The notes under the pieces are model-generated. The model worked only from the letters and a program-made list of their open reading frames with translations. It was not told the DNA's origin and ran no database searches. A stretch of 64,000 nt of DNA from Porticoccaceae bacterium (GTDB lineage Bacteria > Pseudomonadota > Gammaproteobacteria > Pseudomonadales > Porticoccaceae): assembly GCA_029254005.1 (NCBI GenBank), contig JAQWYJ010000013.1, forward strand, positions 23,630-87,629, written 5' to 3'. Positions 9,122 to 20,021 of the stretch are shown here, one piece after another. A program made the translations under genes and the position numbers. Each line of letters starts with the position of its first letter. Within the stretch, counting starts at the first letter, position 1.

Positions 9122-11137
9122 ATGCGTTTAAAAAAACCATCCGTCCTAGCTATTGCGTTAGTAACGCTAGCCCAAGGGTGCATCGAAGAGCAACTAACGC
9201 CAGTAGAAACACTGTTTGTGAATGGCATAATTTATACAGCTAACCAGCAACAACAATTGGTTAGCTCGCTGGGATTGAATAAGGATAAATTAACCTACAT
9301 TGGTGATGCTGAGGGCACCACTAATATTATCGATGAATATACTGAGATCATTGATCTTCAAGGCAAAATGATAATTCCTGGTTTACATGATGTTCACATC
9401 CATCTTCCAGGTATCGTGGAATCTAATAATTGTGATCTTGCTGGAAAAGCTTATTCACTGGCTGAGCTAGTTCCAAGACTCAAACAGTGTATCGCTCGAC
9501 TCAATCTCCCTAAAGGTTCTTGGCTAACCGTTGAACAATGGGGCTATGCTCAAGGCAATGAGCCGTCTGTGAACTTTCCGACCGCGCGTTCAGCACTTGA
9601 TGCTGTTTCACTGGAACATCCGATAATACTCTTGGGCGATGATGGCCATCACGGTGCTGTCAACAGTTACGCCATGAACCTAGCCACGGATAAAAATGGA
9701 GTTAAGGTAGGTCTTAACGCAGAGACACTAGCCAATGAATTCTCAGATCTGAAAAGCTTGATCGGTATTGACCGTCATGGTGAGCCCAATGGTGTACTGA
9801 ACGAAGACGCTCGAAAAATTGTTAACCTACCTAACTTATGGGGCTATCCAGAAGTAGACTTTGAAGTCTATCAAAAGATAGCGGTGCGTTTGGCCGCCTC
9901 AGGTATTACCTCAGCAATGGATGCTGCTTTGAGAATTCATGAAATCGATAATTTTGCAAAATGGGCTAAAAAACAACCATTGACTTATCGACTCACCGCT
10001 GCGTTTTATCCTGAATTTGAAGATTATCGATCAACAACAGATGCGCCAATAGAAATATCAGCGCTTATCGCTGATCTAAAGATTGCTCAAGAGCGACATA
10101 AGGAAATACATAACCTTAAAATTGATACTGCAAAGGTTTTTATCGATGGCGTTATAGAAGGCGACCCTTATGCCTATCCACCAATGTTGCCAAATGCTGC
10201 TGTGCTTCATCACTACCGGCAACCTATATTCACCATAACGGATGATGATTCTCTTGAGGTAGTGGACTATGTGGACACTAACTCAAGAGCCTGCGTGACA
10301 GTTCAAGAAAAAGGAATAGCCAATCTGTCCGGCATTTTTACCCAAAATTTCTATGCGGAAAATGGCTTTTTAGCTTCACAATGTATTAAAAGTAAAGGAG
10401 TTTTAGAAAAAGAATACAGTTTTATCAAAGGTTATACCAAAGCACTTTTTGGGGCAGGGATTAATGTGCATAGTCACGCTATTGGTGATCGGGCAGTGCG
10501 TCTTGCACTGGACACCTTTGATGCGGCAAAACGCGCAAGCCCAAACTCTGAGGCAAATGTCTCCATAGCCCATGCACAATTGATTCATCCTGATGATATT
10601 AGCCGCATTGCTCAGTTAGAGGTTTTTATGGCTTTCACCTATTCTTGGATCGAACCTTTTGATCAATATCAGATGATGGTTTCACCTTTTATTGACAAAG
10701 TATTCAACGAAAATGATCTCTTTGACTCCGACGGTTACGTTTATCAAAACACTTACCCCACCGCATCAGTTAAAAAGGCTGGCGGAATATTAGTTTCAGG
10801 CAGTGATGCGCCGGTTGAAACTCGTGACCCAAGGCCTTTTTTAAATATTGAAAAAGCGGTTACACGCAAGAATGATGTTACCGGCAGAGTATACAACCCG
10901 GACGAGCGCCTCTCTGTTGCTGATATCCTAGATGCCTACACCATAAACGGAGCCAAAATGCTAAATCAAGCAGAGATCACCGGATCACTTGAATTGGGGA
11001 AAAAAGCCGACTTTGTGATTCTAGATCAAAACTTATTAACGTTAGAGGCTGAGGGGAGAAGCGATGAAATATCAGACACTCAGATCCTATCAACCTGGTT
11101 TAATGGCAAAAAAATCTACTCTAAGCCTCAGTCCTGA
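9122..11137 (+). CDS. YtcJ/NfdA-like amidohydrolase (amidohydrolase_3) with lipoprotein signal
   Basis: Lipobox-like LAQGC; PGLHDVHIH, KVFIDG, HSHAIGDRAV, HAQL, GSDAP, GSLELGKKADFVIL. Confidence 0.85.
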   Translation: MRLKKPSVLAIALVTLAQGCIEEQLTPVETLFVNGIIYTANQQQQLVSSLGLNKDKLTYIGDAEGTTNIIDEYTEIIDLQGKMIIPGLHDVHIHLPGIVESNNCDLAGKAYSLAELVPRLKQCIARLNLPKGSWLTVEQWGYAQGNEPSVNFPTARSALDAVSLEHPIILLGDDGHHGAVNSYAMNLATDKNGVKVGLNAETLANEFSDLKSLIGIDRHGEPNGVLNEDARKIVNLPNLWGYPEVDFEVYQKIAVRLAASGITSAMDAALRIHEIDNFAKWAKKQPLTYRLTAAFYPEFEDYRSTTDAPIEISALIADLKIAQERHKEIHNLKIDTAKVFIDGVIEGDPYAYPPMLPNAAVLHHYRQPIFTITDDDSLEVVDYVDTNSRACVTVQEKGIANLSGIFTQNFYAENGFLASQCIKSKGVLEKEYSFIKGYTKALFGAGINVHSHAIGDRAVRLALDTFDAAKRASPNSEANVSIAHAQLIHPDDISRIAQLEVFMAFTYSWIEPFDQYQMMVSPFIDKVFNENDLFDSDGYVYQNTYPTASVKKAGGILVSGSDAPVETRDPRPFLNIEKAVTRKNDVTGRVYNPDERLSVADILDAYTINGAKMLNQAEITGSLELGKKADFVILDQNLLTLEAEGRSDEISDTQILSTWFNGKKIYSKPQS

Positions 11138-11200
11138 GAGCGGGTCAATTATGTAATAGTCAGTCACAGCATGACCAAAACGTTTAGAAAATGTGAATAA

Positions 11201-11995
11201 CTATGATTTTTGTTGATGGCAATATTGGACCTGATTACCAAATTCGGTAAAAATCGCTTTGGAAACAGAGTTAGATTCGAATAACCATTCTGGATGCCAT
11301 TGCAAGCCTAACATCCAGAGAGACGCTTGAGTGTCAGATTTCCACGACACCGCTTCGATTAATCCATCTTCAGCTATCGCCTCTATACAGAGTTGCTCTG
11401 ACAATACATCGATACCCTGACTATGCAGTGAATTAACACTACAACTAACCTGTCCAGTGAGTTCGTGCAACAACCCCCCACTCACAAAATTAACTAAATG
11501 TGCTGTTGCATACTGATCATCTCGAGCAACAGCCTTATCCTCTCTATGATCAATATAGCCCTCAATTTCATGCACTTTTGCATGAAGCGTTCCACCAAGC
11601 GCTACATTTAACTCTTGGAAACCGCGACATACCGCCAGAACAGGAACAGACTGTGCGACGCACTCTTTAATCAATTGAAGCGTAAGGCTATCCCTCTGTG
11701 GGTCTTCCAATGTTCCTGCTTCATGAGCAGGACCATCAAAATGATGGGGTTGGATATTGGAAGGGCTACCGGTCAAAAATAAGCCACTTAAACTAGAGAC
11801 TATATTTTGCACACTGTAAATTTTATTCAAATCGCGTATATCTTTACCATCGCCAAAAGCAGGCAATAGCATTGGCATAACCCCAGCGCCATGAGCCAAA
11901 GCATTAATATATTTTTCTCCAGCACCATGAAATTGATGTGGTCCATTGCTGATGACATCGCAGGCTATTCCAACGATAGGTAAGGTATTGAGCAT
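11201..11995 (-). CDS. puuD: Gamma-glutamyl-gamma-aminobutyrate hydrolase (peptidase C26)
   Basis: GAGEKYI, LTGSPSNIQP, AVCRGFQELNVALGGTLH, NSLHSQG, LGLQWHPEW. Confidence 0.88.
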   Translation of the reverse strand: MLNTLPIVGIACDVISNGPHQFHGAGEKYINALAHGAGVMPMLLPAFGDGKDIRDLNKIYSVQNIVSSLSGLFLTGSPSNIQPHHFDGPAHEAGTLEDPQRDSLTLQLIKECVAQSVPVLAVCRGFQELNVALGGTLHAKVHEIEGYIDHREDKAVARDDQYATAHLVNFVSGGLLHELTGQVSCSVNSLHSQGIDVLSEQLCIEAIAEDGLIEAVSWKSDTQASLWMLGLQWHPEWLFESNSVSKAIFTEFGNQVQYCHQQKS

Positions 11996-12182
11996 ACTCT
12001 ATTAGCCGTATTATTGAGTAACATTACGCCTAGTATTTAGATCTGAGGGTGAATAAGCAAGAGGTTTTTCCCACCCCTTTTGGGTGAATGACCTAAACCA
12101 TCATTTGTGTTCAAATGACGGAAAATTAGTTGGGTAACACCCTTACTCAACGTCTAACAGACCAGCAATAGCGAGAACAATC

Positions 12183-13547
12183 ATGGGTACTGCTAAAACC
12201 ACCACCGAATGGAAAGAACTAGATGCAAAACGACACTTGCATCCATTTACCGATTTTAATGATTACCAAAAAAATCATGGCAGGATTATTGAACGAGCCG
12301 AGCATATTTATATCTACGATACCGATGGCAAACAAATGCTAGATGCCATGTCCGGGCTTTGGTGTTGTAGCTTAGGTTACAGCCAACCAGAAATTGCAGA
12401 AGCAGTGAGTGCTCAGTTTAAGCAGTTACCCTACTACAATAATTTTTTCCAATGTAGCAACACTCCGGCTGTAGAACTTGCAGACAAACTGGTTGAGATG
12501 ACCCCAGAACAGTTTACCCACGTATTTTTTACTAATTCAGGATCTGAAGCTAACGATACCAACATACGATTAATTCGCCGTTACTGGGACATCAAAAAGC
12601 AACCTAAGAAACGCATTATCTTGGCTCGTACCAACGCTTATCACGGTAGTACGATCGCAGCTGCAAGCCTTGGTGGATTTGAATTTGTTCATAATCAATT
12701 TGAAACCCTCCCCTATGCACAACATATCGCTGATCCTAATTGGTACAACAATGGCGGTGACTTAAGCCCCGAGGAATTTGGCTTGCATGCAGCTCGGGAA
12801 CTGGAAAAACGTATTGATCAATTGGGAGAAGAAAATGTAGCGGCCTTTATTGCTGAACCTATTCAGGGAGCCGGTGGAGTCATCGTGCCGCCAGAAAGTT
12901 ACTGGCCTGAGGTTCGTCGCATACTAAATGAGCGTGACATTTTATTTGTTAGTGACGAGGTTATTTGTGGTTTTGGTCGCACAGGTAATATGTTTGGATG
13001 TGAAACCTATTCAATGGAACCTGATTTACTTACCTTCGCAAAAGCGGTGACCAATGGATTTCAACCTTTGGGTGGCGTCATGGTGAGTGAAAAAGTAGCT
13101 GATGTTATTACTGGTGATGGAGGTGAATTTGGCCATGGTTTTACTTATTCCGGTCACCCTATTGCCTGTGCAGCTGCCCTGGCCACCTTAAATATTATGC
13201 AACGGGATAAATTTGTTGACCATGTGGCTAATGACATTGGACCCTATTTACAAGCTAAATGGGCCGGTCTTGCCGATCATCCTATCGTGGGCCATGTCCG
13301 TGGCGTTGGCATGCTTGGCTCCATAGAATTAGTACGTGACAAAGAAAGTCGTGAGCGTCTTGAAACCGATCAAAAATCAGGCGGAGTTTGTCGCGAATTT
13401 TGCGTAGCCAACGGACTTATTATGCGTGCAGTGGGTGATTCCATGATAATCTCTCCGCCGTTTGTTACGTCACACCAAGAAATTGATTTGTTGATCGCAA
13501 GAGCAACCAAATCCTTAGACCAAACGGCTGACTATTACGCCCTCTAG
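12183..13547 (+). CDS. Class III PLP aminotransferase, SpuC-like (diamine/omega-amino acid:pyruvate)
   Basis: HLHPFTD, DAMSGLWCCSLGY, FTNSGSEAND, AFIAEPIQGAGG, DEVICGFGRTG, FAKAVTNG, HGFTYSGHP. Confidence 0.88.
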   Translation: MGTAKTTTEWKELDAKRHLHPFTDFNDYQKNHGRIIERAEHIYIYDTDGKQMLDAMSGLWCCSLGYSQPEIAEAVSAQFKQLPYYNNFFQCSNTPAVELADKLVEMTPEQFTHVFFTNSGSEANDTNIRLIRRYWDIKKQPKKRIILARTNAYHGSTIAAASLGGFEFVHNQFETLPYAQHIADPNWYNNGGDLSPEEFGLHAARELEKRIDQLGEENVAAFIAEPIQGAGGVIVPPESYWPEVRRILNERDILFVSDEVICGFGRTGNMFGCETYSMEPDLLTFAKAVTNGFQPLGGVMVSEKVADVITGDGGEFGHGFTYSGHPIACAAALATLNIMQRDKFVDHVANDIGPYLQAKWAGLADHPIVGHVRGVGMLGSIELVRDKESRERLETDQKSGGVCREFCVANGLIMRAVGDSMIISPPFVTSHQEIDLLIARATKSLDQTADYYAL

Positions 13548-13631
13548 GACATTAACAATTTAAGACAGGCACAAGATAGCGGGTGCAATTACCTGTAATC
13601 TAGTAACTATCGCACTATATAGGACACTAAC

Positions 13632-14813
13632 ATGGCAAGTGATTGGGGTAAATTCAACTGGGAAGACCCATTCAACCTAGATGATCAACTAAATGAAGAA
13701 GAGCGCTTAATAAGAGACTCAGCAGCAAGTTTTGCATCCGAAAAATTAGCGCCAAGGGTGAAAACAGCCTACAGAGAAGAGTATACCGACCGTGATATTT
13801 TTAATGAGATGGGTGAGCTTGGGCTGTTAGGTTCCACCATAGATGGTTACGGATGTCCTGGAGTAAGTTACGTTAGCTATGGTCTTATTGCGCGAGAAGT
13901 AGAGCGTGTAGACTCTGGTTATCGATCTATGATGAGTGTTCAGTCTAGTCTGGTTATGTACCCTATTTACACCTACGGTACTGAGCAGCAAAAAAATAAA
14001 TATTTACCCAAACTAGCTACTGGTGAGTGGGTCGGTTGCTTTGGTCTGACAGAGCCCGATGCAGGCTCTGACCCTGGCGGTATGAAAACCCGCGCCAAAA
14101 CAGTCGACGGCGGTTACCTCATCTCAGGTAGTAAAATGTGGATTAGTAACTCTCCAATTGCCGATGTCTTTATAGTGTGGGCAAAAACTGATGATGGCGT
14201 TATCCGTGGCTTTATATTAGAAAAAGGTATGAAAGGCCTGTCAGCCCCTAAAATTGAAGGTAAGCTAGCTCTTAGAGCATCCATAACCGGTGAAATCGTT
14301 ATGGATGAAGTATTTGTTAGTGAAGACCAATTAATGCCTAACGTCCATGGTCTTAAAGGGCCATTTGGTTGTTTAAATTCAGCACGCTATGGTATTAGCT
14401 GGGGTGTTCTGGGCGCTGCAGAAAACTGTTGGCATGCTGCTCGGCAGTACACACTGGATAGAATTCAATTTAATCGGCCCCTTGCAGCGAACCAATTGAT
14501 TCAGTTTAAGTTGGCGACCATGCAAACTGATATTAGTCTTGGATTACAGGGCTCTCTCCGTGCAGGGCGTATGAAAGAGCAGGGAAACCTAGCTCCAGAG
14601 TTGATTTCACTGTTAAAAAGAAATAACTGCACCAAAGCATTAGAAATAGCCCGGCTTGCAAGAGACATGCATGGTGGCAACGGTATTTCAGATGAATATC
14701 CAGTGATGCGACACATGCTCAATCTTGAAGTGGTTAACACCTACGAGGGAACAGCTGATGTTCACGCACTGATCCTGGGTCGAGCACAAACTGGTATTCA
14801 AGCATTTAGTTAA
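13632..14813 (+). CDS. gcdH: Glutaryl-CoA dehydrogenase
   Basis: [66 protein letters not shown]. Confidence 0.95.
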   Translation: MASDWGKFNWEDPFNLDDQLNEEERLIRDSAASFASEKLAPRVKTAYREEYTDRDIFNEMGELGLLGSTIDGYGCPGVSYVSYGLIAREVERVDSGYRSMMSVQSSLVMYPIYTYGTEQQKNKYLPKLATGEWVGCFGLTEPDAGSDPGGMKTRAKTVDGGYLISGSKMWISNSPIADVFIVWAKTDDGVIRGFILEKGMKGLSAPKIEGKLALRASITGEIVMDEVFVSEDQLMPNVHGLKGPFGCLNSARYGISWGVLGAAENCWHAARQYTLDRIQFNRPLAANQLIQFKLATMQTDISLGLQGSLRAGRMKEQGNLAPELISLLKRNNCTKALEIARLARDMHGGNGISDEYPVMRHMLNLEVVNTYEGTADVHALILGRAQTGIQAFS

Positions 14814-14835
14814 GGTACTCAGTATAGGAACTATT

Positions 14836-16068
14836 ATGGCAGGGCCACTCAAAGGTTATCGTGTGCTTGACATGAGTCGCATTTTGGCTGGTCCTTGGGC
14901 CGGGCAGCTACTTGCCGACCTGGGTGCTGATGTCATTAAAATAGAGCGCCCAGGCAAAGGGGATGATACGCGCCACTGGGGGCCACCCTATCTTAAAGAT
15001 ACCCAAGGTAATGATACCCAAGATGCGGCTTACTTTTTTTGCGCAAACCGAGGTAAAAAGTCAGTTTGCGTTGATATCACTAAGGCTGAAGGTCAAAAAA
15101 TAATTCGTCAACTGATTGAGCAAACTGATGTACTGATTGAAAACTACAAAGTCGGCGGTCTGGCTAAATATGGGCTGGATTATGCATGTCTAAGTCAAAT
15201 TAATCCTAAATTAGTCTATTGTTCCATCACCGGATTTGGTCAGACCGGACCCTATGCTCAGCGTCCGGGCTATGATTTTCTTATCCAAGGTATGGGTGGT
15301 TTGATGAGCGTTACTGGCGAACCTGACCATATGATAAACGGTAACACTGGCGGCCCCGTTAAGGTAGGAGTTGCGGTGACCGATATATTTACCGGCTTAT
15401 ATGCTGCCAATGCTATTCAAGCTGCTTTGCTTGAAAGACATCAGTCAGGGCAAGGACAATATATTGACCTTGCCCTACTCGACGTCCAAGCTGCAGTGTT
15501 AGCCAATCAAGCGAGCAACTATCTTATCGGCGGCCAAATTCCAGAACGTTTAGGCAATGCTCACCCTAACATTGTTCCCTATCAAGCCTTTGCGACCGAG
15601 GACAGTCACATTATTATAGCCGTTGGAAATGATGCCCAATTTCAGCGTTTTTGCGACGTGCTGCAGAAACCATTAATGGCAACAGACCCTCTTTATGAAA
15701 CCAATGCTCAACGGGTCAAAAATCGTCGTCTATTAGGCGACGCTATCAGTCTATGCCTTAAGCAAAAAGAAAGTGCCTACTGGCTGCAAGCGTTTGAACA
15801 AAGTGATGTACCTTGTGGACCTATCAACAGTATTGATCAAGTATTCGACAACCCTCAAATTATCGCTCGAAATATGCTCACAAAAGGGTATCAAGCACGG
15901 AGCGGTGAAATAACCATGGTGGCTAATCCGATTAACTTTAGCCGCTCCAGCACCACTAGTACTTCCATGCCTGAAGTTCTTGGAGAATCAACCAACAGCG
16001 TGCTTACCAGTTATTTAGAATATTCAGTGGCTGACTTAGACAAACTCAGAAAAACTGACATCATATAA
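14836..16068 (+). CDS. CaiB/BaiF family III CoA-transferase, probably a glutarate CoA-transferase
   Basis: RILAGPWAGQLLADLGADVIKIE, NRGKKS, GPVKVGVAVTDIFTG, GNAHPNIVPYQ; lies 22 bp after gcdH. Confidence 0.85.
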   Translation: MAGPLKGYRVLDMSRILAGPWAGQLLADLGADVIKIERPGKGDDTRHWGPPYLKDTQGNDTQDAAYFFCANRGKKSVCVDITKAEGQKIIRQLIEQTDVLIENYKVGGLAKYGLDYACLSQINPKLVYCSITGFGQTGPYAQRPGYDFLIQGMGGLMSVTGEPDHMINGNTGGPVKVGVAVTDIFTGLYAANAIQAALLERHQSGQGQYIDLALLDVQAAVLANQASNYLIGGQIPERLGNAHPNIVPYQAFATEDSHIIIAVGNDAQFQRFCDVLQKPLMATDPLYETNAQRVKNRRLLGDAISLCLKQKESAYWLQAFEQSDVPCGPINSIDQVFDNPQIIARNMLTKGYQARSGEITMVANPINFSRSSTTSTSMPEVLGESTNSVLTSYLEYSVADLDKLRKTDII

Positions 16069-16373
16069 GAGTTCAAAGCCACTAAAAATAAAGCATACAG
16101 GCCTTCTTTTTAACCTATTTTACCGCCAATAGTGTCACGACCAATGGGTACGTTCTGGCATGTAGCGATGGTGATGGACCAATATTGCGTGCATAAGTTC
16201 AAAATTAAGCTAATTTTTCACATTTTTTACGTCTTTCTGATTCATTTATGCATAATAAAGTGTACTATCAGCGTCTGGAAAAGTAAGTGTAAATCCGAAA
16301 TGCTGCCTGAGTAAAAATTCTTGTGTCTCAAAGCAGGTGCGCTAGGTTGGTCAGATTTGCTTTTTTAACAATT

Positions 16374-16396
16374 TTTTGATTTGGTTGAAATCAAAA
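16374..16396. promoter_or_regulatory. Candidate operator upstream of the TonB-dependent receptor
   Basis: TTTTGATTT-ggttg-AAATCAAAA perfect 9-bp inverted repeat, ~36 bp before the ATG. Confidence 0.3.
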
Positions 16397-16432
16397 GAGT
16401 ACTAACTAGGTAATATTTCTTGGGAGAAATAT

Positions 16433-19400
16433 ATGTTTAATAAAAAAATTTCTACAGCATTAAAAAGCGCTGTAGGTCTTAGTGTCTTGGCAGGATCCTT
16501 AAGTGTTGGATTTGTTCAAGCCCAAGACGAAGAAAGTAATTTAGAAGAAGTAGTAGTAACAGGATCAAGAATTACAAATCCAAATGTTGTAAGTTCTTCG
16601 CAAATAGTAAGTATTTCTGGAGCCGACATTTCGTCTAAAGGTATTACACGAGTGGAAGATTATCTTAATGATCTCCCGCAAGTTTCACCTGGACAATCGA
16701 TTACATCTTCAAATGGATCTAACGGTACTGCAACAGTTAACTTGCGTAATTTCGGCTGTGAAAGGACCTTGGTTCTACTAAACGGCAAGCGTATGGCACC
16801 CGGTGTTGCCAATGGCGGTAACTGTGCCGATGTAAACACAATTCCTTCTTTGCTACTTAAAAACGTTGATGTTTTGACAGGTGGCGCGTCGTCTCAGTAT
16901 GGTTCTGATGCGATAGCTGGTGTTGTAAACTTCGTATTGGATGATGAGTTTGAAGGCTTTGAAGCTCAGTACACTCACAGCTTCTACAGCCACGATAACG
17001 ACAATGGTACGTTGCGCAATCTTGTTGACTCCTATGGATACCAGACGGCACCTAAAAGTGTAACTACAGGCAAAACTAACAAGTTTGCTGTAGCTTTTGG
17101 CGGCAGCATCATGGACGGTCGAGGGCATGTTACAGCCTATGCTGAGAAAACATCAACTGACCCAATACTACAGGGTGATTATGATTACTCTGCCTGTGCT
17201 CTCTCCGGTGGTGTTGAACGTTGTGGTGGATCATCAACTATTCCAAACGGCCGATGGGCTGACTTTGGCGGCTATCGTGCACTTGGTTTCGTGAATGTTG
17301 ACCCAACAGTTACTGGCGTAGATTTTAAAGTGATTGGTGATGAGTTTGTTCCTCGCGCTGGTCAAACTTTTAACTACAACCCAACTAACTTTATTCAACG
17401 TCCTGATGAGCGTCTAAACACAGGTTTCTTTGGTAAGTTTGAAATCAATGATCACGCTGAAGCCTATGCCAGCGTTCGCTCTATGAAAGCTGAGTCAAAT
17501 GCTCAAATCGCCTTCTCTGGAACGTTCGGTAACATTGAATCTCTTCCCTGTTATAACGCTCTTCTCTCTACACAGCAATTCAATGCTGCCTGTGGTGACT
17601 GGATTGGCATGGGTGGTGATCATGCTCCTAACTTCGATACTGGAGCAGAAGCTCTTGCTTATATCTCAGGTCTGAACCTTGCAGTTGGCGATGGAAGCAT
17701 TCTTGGTTACGAAGCACCTCTTTACTCTTTGAAGCGTAACGTAGAAGGAACGCCTCGACAGGACATCTTGTCTAGAAGAACTGTTGTTGCTAACTTTGGT
17801 ATCCGTGGTGACATCAATGACCAATGGTCATACGATGTTTACTATCAGCAGAGCGATGTTACTAATTCAAGCGAATACCGAAATGATCTATCTGTTGTTG
17901 CTATCAACCGTGCTATGAACGTTATCAATGTAGATGGCGTACCTACTTGTGTGTCTGCAATTGACGGAACTGATCCTTCTTGTGTTCCTTACAATCTTTT
18001 CTCTGGCGGTTTAGAAGGTGACGGTGGTATCCAAGCTGTTATTGATGCTGGACAAGATCTGCAAAACTACGTAGCAAACGCTACCTACATCAATGGTGAT
18101 GGCAAGCAAACAATTCTTTCTGGTTACATTTCTGGTGAGACTGACTTTGCAATCCCTGGTGCTCCAAGTGGCGTATCTGTTGTTTTAGGTTTTGAGACAA
18201 CTGACACAACTGCTGAAGATCGTCCCGATCTTCCAACTCGTACTGGTGATCGATCAGGTTCAGGTGGCGCTCAGTTACCAATATCTGGCGGATATGATGT
18301 TGATGAATATTTCTTAGAACTTGGTATCCCAGTAACTGAAGGTTTAAGTGTTGACGCTGGCTACCGTAGCTCTTCTTACTCCACTGGCGCTGATACTGAT
18401 GCATACAAATTAGGTGCTTTCTGGACTATCAACGATTCGATCTCATTCAGAGCTGCAGCACAGAGCTCAACGCGTCACGCTAATATTAGTGAGCTATACA
18501 CCACGCCAGGCTTTGGTCTAGTAGACTTGGATAATGATCCTTGTGCATCACCTCAGCAAGACGGCTCTGCGGCTACTGCTACAGCTGCTCAGTGTGCTGC
18601 TACTGGCCTTGCATCAAACCTATATGGTACTGATCTAAACTCTCCAGCTGACCAGTACAACACTTTAGGCGGCGGTAACCCTAATGTTCAGCCTGAAGAG
18701 TCTACGTCATTCACCGCTGGTGTTATTATCACTCCAGAAGCAGTTGCTGGCTTGACAGTTACTCTTGATCTATTTGACATTACTGTTGAAGATGGCATCG
18801 ATAGTGTTTCTGCAAGCACTGCGTTAGACAAGTGTGTTGAAACAGGTCTAGCTTCATACTGTAATCTGATCAACCGTAACCCAACCAACGGATCACTTTG
18901 GCTCACTGGTGGCTACATCAGCACTGCATTGACTAACATCGGTGAAGAGCAAACTCGTGGACTGGACGTAATCTTTGACTACTCCATGGACACATCTGTT
19001 GGTGAGCTTAGCCTACAAGGCGTAACTACTTACCTTGATACGTTCCTGCGTACTGAGCTTCCGGGTGAAGCTGCAGTAGAATGTGCGGGTAACTGGGGTG
19101 GTAGCTGTGGCAAGAACCCATTACCTGAGCTAAGCGGTAACTACAAGGCAACTATCTCTACTGCCTATGACACTGACGTTTCTCTTGGCATGCGTTACCT
19201 TGGTAGCACTACTGATCTTAACTCCAACTCGATTGACTTCGGTTCAAGAACTTATTTTGATCTGACTGCAATCTACAGCTACGATGAAAACATCACAGCT
19301 ACCTTTGGTGTTAATAACCTAACTGACAAAGGCACTGGATACACTTCAGATGCCGGTACTGCGCCTGGTAACGGAAACACATTACCTGGCTACTTCGACT

Positions 19401-19444
19401 CTCTAGGTCGTTATGTATACATGTCAATTGGTGTTAAGTACTAA
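16433..19444 (+). CDS. TonB-dependent receptor (1003 aa)
   Basis: Signal peptide, TonB box EEVVVTGSRI, plug motifs (RTLVLLNGKR; GGASSQYGSDAIAGVVNFVL), barrel ending GRYVYMSIGVKY. Confidence 0.95.
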   Translation: MFNKKISTALKSAVGLSVLAGSLSVGFVQAQDEESNLEEVVVTGSRITNPNVVSSSQIVSISGADISSKGITRVEDYLNDLPQVSPGQSITSSNGSNGTATVNLRNFGCERTLVLLNGKRMAPGVANGGNCADVNTIPSLLLKNVDVLTGGASSQYGSDAIAGVVNFVLDDEFEGFEAQYTHSFYSHDNDNGTLRNLVDSYGYQTAPKSVTTGKTNKFAVAFGGSIMDGRGHVTAYAEKTSTDPILQGDYDYSACALSGGVERCGGSSTIPNGRWADFGGYRALGFVNVDPTVTGVDFKVIGDEFVPRAGQTFNYNPTNFIQRPDERLNTGFFGKFEINDHAEAYASVRSMKAESNAQIAFSGTFGNIESLPCYNALLSTQQFNAACGDWIGMGGDHAPNFDTGAEALAYISGLNLAVGDGSILGYEAPLYSLKRNVEGTPRQDILSRRTVVANFGIRGDINDQWSYDVYYQQSDVTNSSEYRNDLSVVAINRAMNVINVDGVPTCVSAIDGTDPSCVPYNLFSGGLEGDGGIQAVIDAGQDLQNYVANATYINGDGKQTILSGYISGETDFAIPGAPSGVSVVLGFETTDTTAEDRPDLPTRTGDRSGSGGAQLPISGGYDVDEYFLELGIPVTEGLSVDAGYRSSSYSTGADTDAYKLGAFWTINDSISFRAAAQSSTRHANISELYTTPGFGLVDLDNDPCASPQQDGSAATATAAQCAATGLASNLYGTDLNSPADQYNTLGGGNPNVQPEESTSFTAGVIITPEAVAGLTVTLDLFDITVEDGIDSVSASTALDKCVETGLASYCNLINRNPTNGSLWLTGGYISTALTNIGEEQTRGLDVIFDYSMDTSVGELSLQGVTTYLDTFLRTELPGEAAVECAGNWGGSCGKNPLPELSGNYKATISTAYDTDVSLGMRYLGSTTDLNSNSIDFGSRTYFDLTAIYSYDENITATFGVNNLTDKGTGYTSDAGTAPGNGNTLPGYFDSLGRYVYMSIGVKY

Positions 19445-19475
19445 GCCGAAAATACATGAATGTAATGTATTGATT

Positions 19476-19504
19476 AAGCCCCCCTTTATGGGGGGCTTTT
19501 TTTT
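19476..19504 (+). terminator. Rho-independent terminator after the TonB-dependent receptor
   Basis: AAGCCCCCC-tttat-GGGGGGCTT followed by a T run. Confidence 0.9.
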
Positions 19505-19968
19505 GATGTTTAAAAAGTACGGATCAACCTTATTTAGCTATATAGCGAGTATATAATGGCTTCCACCCATGGTCCTCGTCACGGACTTCCTTACCTTAGT
19601 GTCTATTTTTAAACATAATCGCGATGGTTAATCAAACAAACAATGGCCCTAAGGACAATTCACTAAAAAATCAGCAAACCAAAGACACCTGTCATATCGA
19701 TAAATTGGTCACGACTATCAAACAACTAATAATTATTCCAAGCGGTAGATCGCAGGCTCGCTGTAGTATTCCTACCTGAGCAGCTGTAGCATACAGATCA
19801 GATAAAGTGGATGTTACTGAGCCCAGAGTATTATCCTCAAGCTCATAAATAATGGTTAATTTAACTAGATAACAAATATTTGCGTTCACCACATGCAAAG
19901 ATACGGAACTTTATAAACACTCTGTACGCCCCAGAGCTATATGGATGGATCCATATGATATGTCCCAC

Positions 19969-19996
19969 AAAAAAGCCCCCTACTGGGAGCTTCTTT
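19969..19996 (-). terminator. Terminator after the DUF885 gene
   Basis: Minus strand AAGCTCCC-agta-GGGGGCTT followed by T run. Confidence 0.7.
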
Positions 19997-20021
19997 GAAC
20001 AACTTTACTCATAAATGGTAT

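Noticed and set aside
16132-16314. 60-aa plus-strand ORF upstream of the TonB receptor
   Set aside because: No motif or clear RBS; it lies in an AT-rich promoter region.
19692-19898. 68-aa minus-strand ORF between two terminators
   Set aside because: No RBS or family motif; the other frames are closed.
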